Source: Chrysomallon squamiferum
Taxonomy: Eukaryota; Animalia; Mollusca
DNA: 64,000 bases
Assembly (NCBI GenBank): GCA_012295275.1
Contig: CM022672.1
Coordinates: 31,620,001 to 31,684,000, forward strand
Direction of reading: 5' to 3'
The translations under genes were made by a program, and so were the position numbers. Every line of letters begins with the position of its first letter. Within the stretch, counting starts at the first letter, position 1. The notes beneath the pieces are model-generated. The model worked only from the letters and a program-made list of their open reading frames with translations. It had not been told where the DNA came from and searched no databases. Of this stretch, positions 53,356 through 64,000 are shown one piece after another.

Positions 53356-56300
53356 TAATAATAATAATAATATTAATAATAATAGTAATAGTAATAGTTA
53401 CCTGTTTAATCTCCACTGGTTGAGCTTTGATCAGGTCGACATGACAACCAATCTGTGACATGTCTGAAAAAGAACAATGTTTAAAAATGTGTAACTTAGT
53501 GTTTATTTTTTTAGTTTTGTATTTAATGATACTTTGTACAACTCTATTTATTTATTTATTTATTTATTTATTTATTACCATGTTCTTTAAATAATATCAA
53601 AAACAGATTAGTAAAAAGGACCAATAAATAAATAAATAAATAAATAAATAGATTATGTGATTTTAATTAGAAAAAAATACAGTTCTTTTTAGTATATATA
53701 TATATATATTTTATTATGTCACTAACTAAACTTTTTTTCTGCTAACAGCTGTTTTACTTCATGTAACTGTGTAAATATGCATCATCATCATCATCATCAT
53801 CATCATTATCATTATTATTTATTATTATTATTACTACTACTACAACTATTATTATTGTTGTTGTTGTTGTTGTTATTGTTGTTATTTGCTACTTTTCCAA
53901 CTGTCAAAAGTTAATCTGACTTGTATAACTGCAACAACACCAACTACTACTGCTACTACTACTGTTACCACCACTGCTACTACTACTGCTACTACTAATA
54001 CTATTACTACTACTATCACTACTACTACTACTGCTACTACTAATACTATTACTGCTACTATCACTACTATTGCTACTACTAATACTATTACTGCTACTAT
54101 CACTACTACTACTACTACTACTGCTACTACTATTACTATACTGCTACTACTACTACTATTGCTACTACTACTGCTACTACTAATACTATTACTGCTGCTG
54201 TTATTGCTACTACTACTATTACTACTACTGCTACTACTACTACTGCTACTACTACTGCTACTACTAATACTATTACTGCTGCTGTTATTGCTACTACTAC
54301 TACTACTACTGCTACTACTACTGCTACTACTACTGCTACTACTACTGCTACTACTAATACTATTACTACTACTACTACTACTATCACTGCAAATAATAAC
54401 TCAGTCTGTTTCACTGTCAGGGGCAGATAACCCATACATCCAGCTTCCTGTACGAGCAACCAATCAAATCTGTCCTAGATCCATAATGTTATAGCTTCAT
54501 TTTGTTTTTCATTATCATATGAAAGGAAGAGTTCTTCATAACTTTAATATGTTATGAATGTCTGGATTATTAGAAAAAAAATAGAGGAAAAAAAAATACT
54601 TCTTATTTAAAGAGTTAAAAAAGAAAAAAAACCAAAACAAAACTGACCATATGTGAGAACTCCATCTTGTACAGATTTTACAATTTCCTCCGGAATCTCA
54701 CACTGAATGTCTAGAAAATGATAATTACAAATAAATTACAAATAAATATATTACAAATAAATACCTTAGAAATAAATCACTAAGAAATATGTTACAAATA
54801 AACATATCATAAATACAGAAATTAGACTGAACCTCTAGAATATGATAATTACAAATAAATATGTTACAAATAAAGAAATTACACTGAATCTCTATAAAAT
54901 GATAATTACAAATAAATATGTTACAAATAAAGAAATTACACTGAATCTCTATAAAATGATAATTACAAATAAATTACAAATAAATGTTACAAATAAAGAA
55001 ATTACAGTGAACCTCTACAAAATGATAATTAAAAATATATTACAAATAAATATGTTACAAATAAAGAAATTACACTGAACCTCTACAAAATAATTACAAA
55101 TAAATTACAAATAAATATGTTACAATTAAAGAAATTACACTGAACATCTAGAAAATGATAATTACAAATAAATTACAAATAAATATGTTACAAATAAAGA
55201 AATTACAGTGAACCTCCACATCTGTGTGTGTGTGTATATGATAATAATATCTGTGTGTGTTTCTGTGTGTGAGTTGAAGTTCAGACTAATCTGTGTGTGT
55301 ATGGCTGTGTGTGTGTGTATAACCAAACTTCACTTTGTGTGTATCTGTTTATATCTGTGTGTGTCTGAGTGTGTGTATCTGTGTGTGTGAACTGTGTGTG
55401 TATCTGTGTGTGTGTATCTGTGTGGTTATCTGTGTGTGTATCTGTGTGGTTATCTCTTTGGTTATCTGTGTGTGTGTCTGTGTGTGTGTCTCTGTGTGTG
55501 TGTATCTGTGTGTGTCTGTGTGTGTATCTGTGTGTGTCTGTGTGTATCTGTGTGGTTATCTGTGTATGTATCTGTGTGGTTATCTGTGTGTGTATCTGTG
55601 TGTGTGTATCTGTGTGAGTGTATCTGTGTGTGTGTGTGTCTGTGTGTATCTGTGTGTGTGCATCTGTGTGTGTATCTGTGTGTGTGTGTGTGTGTGTGTA
55701 TGTGTGTCTGTGTGTCTGTATGTGTGTTTCTCACTAACCAGACTTCACTCTGTGAGTTTTGAAGTCCAGACTATCACTAACCAGACTTCACTCTGTGTGT
55801 GTAACTGTGTGTCTATCTGTGTATCTGTGTATCTGTGTGTGTTTCTGTCTGTGTGTCTGTGTATCTGTGTGTGTTTCTATCACTAACCAGACTTCACTTT
55901 GTGAAGGTCACTAAGCTGCACAGTTGCCAGTCTCACAAAGCTGTCCAGCTCTTCCAGTCTCTCTTGTGACATGTTCTGTGTTCTCGACAGGACCAGGACT
56001 TCCAGCCTGCTCTTCACACAAATCCCATCATCACCAACCTCCAGACACAGGTACACGACAGCATCGTTTACATAGTCGGTGTACACTATCTTCAGTGTGC
56101 CGTCTACAACAACAGCAACAGTAGTTTCTTAATTCATTTTGTGTATTCTAGATTAGTAAGTAAGTCAGTAAGTTAGTAAGTAAATAAATAAATAATTAAA
56201 TAAATAAATAAATAAATAAATAAGCAAATAAATAAATAAATAAATAAGTAAATAAATAATAAATAAATAAATAAGTAAATAAATAAATAAACAAATAAGT

Positions 56301-57434
56301 AAGTAAATAAATAAACAAATAAATAAGAAGAGAGTAAGTAAAAAAGTAAATAAGTAAATGAGCTTCTTTCATAAAATTTTATATCCATGAATAATTTGCA
56401 TTATTTGACTTGAAAATCTAATTTATTAATTTCAGTGTACATGATATTAATGTCATTATTATAAACGCATTAATGGACTAAAATATGGATAGTTTAATCT
56501 TATTTAATTACTTATTATTAAACATCTTGTTTTTGTGTTTTTTTCTCGTCAACATTGATTTTCAACTTTTGTCTGTGAAAAAATATACTCAGGCAGTCTA
56601 TCAGTTAACATTTCTTTTTTTATTATCATATACTTTATTTTTAGTAAAGAATTATCACCAGCATAATAGTATGTAATCTAAAAATATGCATGTATCTTTA
56701 AAAGCTTGTTTTCTTTGGGTTTTTTATTATCATATACTTTATTTTTAGTAAACAATTATCTCCTGTATAACAGTATGGAAATTAAAAGATTTTCCATGCA
56801 TGTATGCTTAACAGGCTGCTATTTTGTTATCATAAACTTTATTTTTAGTAAAGAATTATCACCTGTTAAAGATTGAATTTAACCCCAATGGAATTAATCA
56901 TAGAATTACATTTTAATTTATTAGGCACTGATATTTTTAATTAATTTATTTACCTTTGTTTAGCTATTAGAAAGAAAGAGAGATTTGTGAGAGCATTTTG
57001 CATTAAGCGTAAAATCTAAAATAATAAATAAATTAAAAAAAAACTTTTTATACTGTTACCTTTTGCACCTGGTCTAGGGTACAGGTAAGATCCAGGTGTG
57101 ATCATCTCTTTACGAACTCTCATCTGTACAGGAATACACTGTTCAGCCGAATCACTGTAATGTACCGCAAAGTTCTCAAAACAACAAACATTCAGTACAA
57201 TACCCCAAAAATTAGTGTTTGGTTCATTTTAAAACTGCAAATTTTTCAATATAAACAATTAAAGTTTCTTTTATTATTATTATCTTATTATAGTAAAAAT
57301 AAGGTGAAAATAGTAAAAATAAGGTGAAAGAGAAGTTTTATTTAAGATGGAGAAGAGTTATTTTTACCTACAAGAGTAAAGAGTCTGCCATTGTCACGTG
57401 ACACCAGCTGCCTCTCTTTTATTTCTCTCCATCA

Positions 57435-57517
<83 letters not shown>

Positions 57518-58198
57518 TCTTGTTTTATTATTATTGTTATTTCTCTCTGTTATCCTCATTAGTCCTTCACCCCACTCTCATTATCTCTCTTCCTAATAAT
57601 TTTTTTTTTTTTTTTTTTTTAATCCTAAACAAAAACAGAATTATTTTTTTTAAAACACAACAACTCACCTGTAAGACGTCCACAACAAAGCCATCCGTCC
57701 ATCTGGTGTCAGTACAAAGTTAAAAATCACAGATTCTTCGCCCACAGCTGACTTAGCTGTCACTGTTTTGTACTCTACGAACCACTTACCCTCCATCTGA
57801 AAAACAGGCACTTCGCAGTTTTTAATTATGTCGAATAAAGTCAAAAAAAAAACATGAGAAAAGATTTCAATAACCGAAAAAATCAAAAACAAAAAAATTT
57901 AAATTATTTGTTTTAAATTTAAATTATTTGATATTATTTTATTTTATTTTTTTATTATAAATGAGAAAATGATAAAAATATTATTTTTTATATTTCTGTA
58001 ATTTTATTAATTAAATAAATAAATAATCAGATAAATAAATGAATAAAAAATAAATAAATAAATAAGCAGATAAATAAATAACTAAACAAATAGAAAATGA
58101 AAGAACATTCTTAATGAAATTTTCTTTATATAATCAGATTATATATTGTACATTACTGATAAACATTGTAATTTTCAGTTCTTTTTATTTTTGTTATT

Positions 58199-58245
<47 letters not shown>

Positions 58246-58845
58246 CATCTTTATTTTTTATTTGTTGTTATTCTATCTTCCTCCTTTTATTTTTTCATAA
58301 TGACATTTTTGCATATTTTGAAAAATTAGCAGAAAAACACCATTATTATGAACCTTCTCAGAAACAGCCAAAAAAACTATTCTCTATTTACCTAATAACA
58401 ATCATGTTAAAACAAAAATTCACCGAGGTTTTCTTAAAGTAAAATTCAAAGACAGTATTTAGATATTTATACATATATTTATTCAACCAGACAGGTGACT
58501 TTTTTTCACCTTTCAGAATATATAATATATTTTCTCAGACAGATCCTCAAACTTCACCTGTTCAAAAATGTTCCACATACCTTTTTTTTCCATTTATATT
58601 AATTCATCTTGTTAATATATAAAAACAGATAAATAAATATTAGTTACCTGAGTTTTTGTAAAATTTTCTTGTACAGGAATAAATCTGGTTTTAAATGATG
58701 TCACAGCGAAATCTGTTAAAAAATAAAATAAAATAATTGATTTATTTGTATTACTACATAATTAAACATCTGACTTTCACTGTTAACAAAAGTTGAACAA
58801 ATATTTGTTTCTATTTTATAACAAAAAGAAAAATATTCATAATAA

Positions 58846-58884
<39 letters not shown>

Positions 58885-59195
58885 CATCAACAAGAACAAT
58901 AATAAGAGTAATGACAACAACAATAACAACAACAACATTTTAAATATTTTTAACACAGAATTTGAGAGCACAGGTAAAAACATATTTGTTGTTATTGGTG
59001 ATTTATTTTTAGTGTTATAATTGTTCTTCTTCTTCTAATTGTCATTGTTGTTGTTGTTGTTGTTATTGCTGCTTGTGCTGTTGTTGTTAAGTTTACTAGT
59101 CTGTTGAAGTAACGTACAGTTTAGAGTAGTAGTAGTATTTAGAATGTATTGTTGTTGTTGTTGTTGTTGTTGTTTTATTATTGTTGTTGTTATAG

Positions 59196-59230
<35 letters not shown>

Positions 59231-59344
59231 TGAATTACCTTTTGTTGTTGTTTTGTTGTCTTGTTTTCTTTAAAATTATTGTTGTTGTTATTGTTGTTGC
59301 AAAAGAAAAATATCTAAATTGTTGTTGTTGTTGTTGTTGTTGTT

Positions 59345-59377
<33 letters not shown>

Positions 59378-60555
59378 ATCTTTAAATAAATAAGTAAATA
59401 AATAAATAAAAAATAAATAATAAAATAAACAAATAAAGAAAGAAAGAAATAAGTCAAATAAAAAAAAAATAATAAAGAAAGAAATAAAAAATAAAAAAAT
59501 AAATAACGTAATAAATGAATAACTAAATAAATAAACAAATAAACAAAGAATTAAATAAGTAAGTAAGTAAATAAATAAATAAATAAGCAAATAAATAAAA
59601 AATAATAATAATAAAAAATAAATAAAATAAAAAATAATAATAAATAAAATAAAATAAAAGTACAATAAAAATAAATAAAACAAATTTAAATTTAAAAAAG
59701 AAAAACAAATTTTCTTTTAAAAAGATATTTATTTGAAAATCTGAACTAAACAAACTGCTTAGGGTAAAATCTTTTTTTTTCATGTGAAAGAAAAAAATCT
59801 AATAAATTGAATTAATAATTACTTTGCTGTTTCTACCTATCTACCTATGTGTCTGTCTGCAGTCTGTTTGTCTGTCTACCCATCTACCTAACCACCTACC
59901 TAGTAAATTATTTATATCTGTCTGTCTGTCATTCTCTCTTTTTGTCTGTCTGTTTACCTACCTCCCTACATAACTACCTATTATACTGTCTGTCATTCCT
60001 TAATCTCTGTCTGTCTGTCTGTTTTCTGTCTCTCTCTTTCTCTATCTTTCTCTCTTTTTTGTCAGTTTGTCTATCTGTCTGTTTGTAACCAAAGAATGTC
60101 ATTATTTGTCTCATGACATAAGCCATCTGGCTCAGTGAGTCTTTCTCAAACTCTTCAGTGAAATATTTTTATATTTAATCTATTCAAGAATCACAAAAGT
60201 AAATGTTTAAAATATATCAGTAATGCAAAACATAAACATTTTTAAAAAGCCATTTTTTTAAATGAATATATATATATGTATATACTGTATCTACTATTTC
60301 TGTTATTGCTACTACATGCTACTATTACAACAGTTATTAAGCTACCATTATAGTTACTACTAGTACCTATTATTAATTGTACTACTATTATTACTACTAA
60401 TACAATGAGTATTACTAACATAATGTTGTTACTACAATATAGCATTATAATATATATATAAAAAGATTAAAAAGAGCATATGTATATGTATATGTGTGTA
60501 TATATAATTTATTTATATATATTTATATTTATATTTAAACATATATTTTTTTTTT

Positions 60556-60587
<32 letters not shown>

Positions 60588-62752
60588 TATAACATTATAT
60601 TGTACTAAAAGCAGTATACTAGTAATACTCACTGTATTAGTAGTAATAATAGTAGTAAAATTAATAATAAAGAAACCAAATTTAGTATACTTATTGCATA
60701 ATCTAAGTAAAAACATATTTACTTGCTTAATCTCAAAAAACGTCAACAACAATAAACTTCTCTGACTATTAACGTGTTTGTTTGTACACAGGGTGACAAA
60801 CAAACGCTGCTACCTGCTTTAAAACACACTTAACGAGACTTACCTGGTTCTCTCTTCTTCACAGGTGCTGCACAGGTTGTGTATTTCTTCAGCTGACTCA
60901 TCTTGCTTTGCGCTATGTCGGAGTTTTGAGACCAGATCTCGAGGAACGAGCTGTTTGACAGGCAGAGGTTGTCGTTGTCGAAGTTGAAGCACGAATACCA
61001 TACCGCCTCGGTCGCATCGGCGTACAACACTTTAGCAATACCTGCATTATAATATGTTGTTGTTGTTGTTGTTATTGTTTATTCTTTAGTCATTATTGTT
61101 ATATTAATAACATCACTGTACATCATCGTTGACGTCATTTATTATTTTTGTTTGATTATTATTGTTGGTGTTGTTGTCATCATCAACATCATCATCATTT
61201 ATTTTTGTGGTACATAATAATTATAATTGTTATTATTATCAATTATTAGTAGTATTAATTTTATTATATCATTGTAATTATAATTATTAATATTATTATT
61301 ATTAAATTTTATCATTATTATAATTATAATTATCAGTATCATTATCATTAGTATTAGTATTTTTTTGTTATTAGTATTATTAGTATTATTATTATTATTA
61401 TTAATTTTTATCATTATTATAATTATAATTATCAGTATCATTATCAATATTATTATTATTTTATTATAATCATTATTATTACTATATTATCATCATCATC
61501 ATAATCATCATCATAAATCATCATTATTATTACTATTATTACTGGATGGATGAATACTGATACATATGTAGAGATGGATTTAGAAAAGTAGACAGACAGA
61601 TACAGACAGACAGACAGACAGAAACACAGATGTTATTTATGAGGGTGACTGAAATTCCTTTATAGTTCAGTTAGCACAGAACAACAATATCATCTCTTTG
61701 AGGATTTTGGTTCAAATTCTTGTCAGCAGTAATCATAATAAAAAAAAAAATATATATACTAGAAAATGTTTAACCATCACAGCTACAGGTGCTCATAATA
61801 GAATTTAATTTTTTACAGGTAAAACATTACTAAATTATAATTATTGGTGATTATAATTAATTTTTTTTTTTTTTAATTATGAGAAATTTCGGACATTATA
61901 CCTGGGAGGCCATTATATACAACCGTGAATTCACCGGGTGTGTCTGTCGCAGACATTTTCACCTGTTCAACAGGTTGGCACACCTGAGATTCAGAACTGA
62001 AAGAAAATAATTATAATAAAATATCAGTAATGTCTATATAAAGTGAGGTATCTAAATGTAATAACTATAAATAGTATCTACTCAAAATGTACTTGTGATA
62101 TCTTTAAATATAACATAATGATAAACAGTGTCTATTTAAAGTGTGTTTGTGATGTTCCTGAATATAATAATAATGTAAATAATGTCTACTGAAGCTGTAC
62201 TTGAGATGTGGATAAATATAAATGATGTCTACTCAAACTGTAATGTGTGGTTATTTCTAAAATATAATGAATATAATGAACTGTGTACTTGTGATGTCTC
62301 CAAAAACAATAAAAATAAACATACTGTATCTACTCAAAATGTATTTGTGCTGTCTGTAAATACGCATGTGTGTGCTTGGAGCATATTTTGTTGGTGTTCA
62401 TTAATGTATAGTAATTATTAGAAAAGTAAACAAAATGAAAAAAAAATGAAAAAAAATAATGATCATTACTAATCATAACTGGCAAGTCTTTGAAGAAAGT
62501 TTATCTTTCACTACAACTACTACAACACCTCCTACTGCTCACAACAACTACTACTTCATCACTTCCACTGTATCATTACAGATACAATGCCATACTGCTA
62601 CTACAGTTAGTACTATTTATACCAGTACTGATAATATTGCTACTGCTGCTACTACTACTTACTACTTATACCCATACAACTACTACTACTGCTACTATTA
62701 ATATTAATACTACTTACACTGCTGTTATTACTACTATTTATACTCATACTCA

Positions 62753-62790
<38 letters not shown>

Positions 62791-63667
62791 TGTATACCCT
62801 TACTAATACTAATTTTACTATTATTATTAATTTTACTACTCCTGTAATTACTACTAATGCAGCTACTGTTACTAAACTGTATTATTACATTCTTATTAGC
62901 AGTAGTAGTAATATTATTACTATTATTCTACTATATTATTTACTGCAATGTACTGATATTACTAATGCTACTACTACTATTTCTACTAGCACACTGCACT
63001 ATTACCATTTGGTTACTACTAACACTATATCAGTACAACTACTATTACTACTACTAATAATAATAATAATACAAGTCTTAATACTATTACTGCTAGAAGC
63101 TGTAACTACTACAGCTGCTTCTGCTACTATTACTACTACTACTACTACTACTACTACTATGACAGCTGCTTCTGCTACTATTACTAGTCTTACTATTACT
63201 ATTACTACTAGAAGCTGTATAAGTGAAATACTTACTTGTAGGAGACAGAGAGCTGCATGATGCTACCAGAACCGATGTCGTGGATGGACAGCAGTTTGGA
63301 GTCCAGAAGAACGAACCCCAGAAACCTGTCAGGTCTGTATAGGATGTTCCATGAACCAGTAAGCTACAACAGTAAAACTTTTTAAATTATCTGTTTAAAC
63401 ATTGTTTTTTGTAAAGTTTATAAACACTGTTTTTTCAGGTCTGTAGAAATGATTTCATGTCCCTGTAAGCTATAACAATAAAATGTAGTGTTGTTTGTTA
63501 GGGTTTTTTTTTTTTTTTTTTAAATGTAAAATTTATAAACAAACACATTTTCTATTGTTGTTTTATACTGTGTTTGATGTATAATTGTCACTGTGTTTGC
63601 ATTTGTGTATATCTGTGTGTGTGTGTGTGTTTTGTGTTTGTGTTTGTGTGTGTATCTGTGTGTGTTT

Positions 63668-63739
<72 letters not shown>

Positions 63740-64000
63740 TATATGTGTGTGATGTGTGGACATTTCTATATATGTCTGTTCCCATGCTTGTACATTTATT
63801 GAAATCATTTACTTGTCTTCAAAACCAGTTCTTATTTAATTCTGCAATAATATAATTCATCGCTTATTAGCTTAAAATCTTGAGTAGTGGATTTTTGTTT
63901 TTTTAATTATTCCTGTATTTACAAAAACATTTTAAACTCACCTCAGAAACTTTAACATTTTGAGGAGTAATGAAGTCAACTCTACATCCAACAAACACAT
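30649..64000 (-). CDS. Giant multi-domain lipocalin with at least 7 tandem RBP4/purpurin-like domains; 5' end beyond the window
   Basis: 34 phase-compatible GT-AG exons: 63942-64000, 63236-63363, 61902-61996, 60844-61041, 58648-58712, 57669-57796, 57060-57154, 55888-56103, 54648-54710, 53402-53463, 52797-52906, 52038-52138, 50453-50662, 49283-49342, 48503-48567, 47787-47905, 47130-47224, 45927-46124, 44941-44991, 44620-44696, 43973-44097, 42763-42875, 41302-41421 (damaged), 40923-40988, 39907-39971, 39216-39340, 38316-38357, 37538-37632, 36640-36852, 35764-35876, 34458-34579, 33120-33229, 32150-32365 and 30649-30698 (TAA). There are seven GxW motifs plus TDY and LSR motifs, and AATAAA at about 30332. 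Confidence 0.88.
36640..39971 (-). CDS. Lipocalin domain 6, with an extra 42-nt exon
   Basis: RCAFL..|[10 protein letters not shown]..|MASTDIK..|..QRCRGTGDY..|[31 protein letters not shown]. Confidence 0.82.
38400..38690. repeat. AT-rich minisatellite of about 25 bp (AATTATTATTAAATTAACAGTTTTGT)n
   Basis: Visible tandem units next to the acceptor of exon 38316-38357. Confidence 0.8.
40923..44696 (-). CDS. Lipocalin domain 5 (fourth exon disrupted in this assembly)
   Basis: KCIVDEL..|[10 protein letters not shown]..|DGKCQ..|([18 protein letters not shown] repeated) ..LVCLDPDHL|DCSD. Confidence 0.75.
41460..41790 (-). repeat. Four tandem copies (about 110 bp) of a splice acceptor plus exon start of lipocalin domain 5
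   Basis: TTTCAG|TTTCATTCAAGATTCTGCA with the AG at 41787, 41676, 41569 and 41482. Confidence 0.9.
43740..43935. repeat. 15-bp minisatellite (ACTAATGTTACTAGG)n
   Basis: Visible tandem units just downstream of the donor of exon 43973-44097. Confidence 0.85.
44941..48567 (-). CDS. Lipocalin domain 4
   Basis: [17 protein letters not shown]|FTGEW..|DECT..|[23 protein letters not shown]|SCPIP. Confidence 0.87.
45370..45740. repeat. 15-bp minisatellite (TAGTACTTAGTGATA)n
   Basis: Visible tandem units. Confidence 0.85.
49283..53463 (-). CDS. Lipocalin domain 3
   Basis: GCHVDLI..|IEGLWNVV..|EVCK..|[31 protein letters not shown]|QCKVP. Confidence 0.85.
51870..52010. repeat. 24-bp tandem repeat (TTTAAGATTTMCTAAATTTCTATA)n
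   Basis: About 6 visible units; these produce the spurious NLKYRNL ORF. Confidence 0.85.
54648..58712 (-). CDS. Lipocalin domain 2
   Basis: IPVQENF..|MEGKWFVEY..|EQCIP..|[30 protein letters not shown]|IQCEIP. Confidence 0.88.
54700..55220. repeat. 57-70-bp tandem repeat containing copies of the acceptor of exon 54648-54710
   Basis: Units ACACTGAA..TCTAGAAAATGATAATTACAAATAAA... Confidence 0.85.
60844..64000 (-). CDS. Lipocalin domain 1 (first within the window)
   Basis: GCRVDFI..|LTGSWNILY..|QVCQP..|[30 protein letters not shown]. Confidence 0.8.

Noticed and set aside
60090-60126. Candidate missing Cys linker exon after lipocalin domain 1 (GLCHETNND)
   Set aside because: At 37 nt it breaks phase, the acceptor lacks a pyrimidine tract, and the donor is weak.

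Overview
AT-rich, microsatellite-laden eukaryotic genomic DNA, most likely from a mollusc or another lophotrochozoan; the Munc18 exons resemble squid neuronal Sec1 as I recall it. Most ORF-track entries are simple-repeat artefacts. Splicing exons by hand gives four genes: (1) the 3' part of STXBP1/Munc18/Rop (+, about 0.9-9.9 kb), with its penultimate exon broken; (2) a complete 7-exon RPL7A/Surf3 (-, 13403-26225) whose introns host at least 8 box C/D snoRNA copies (4 SNORD36, 3 SNORD24-like, 1 SNORD92-like) and a 5-kb TIR DNA transposon; (3) MED22/Surf5 (+, 26785-28509), head-to-head with RPL7A as in the vertebrate Surfeit locus, with a GC-AG intron; (4) a very large minus-strand gene (30649 to beyond 64000, about 34 exons, about 1255 codons in the window) encoding at least seven tandem RBP4/purpurin-like lipocalin domains in one reading frame. 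This poly-lipocalin is the most notable candidate for an undescribed system. Short tandem duplications that straddle exon-intron junctions recur throughout the window. All family assignments are from recognition of motifs, not database searches.
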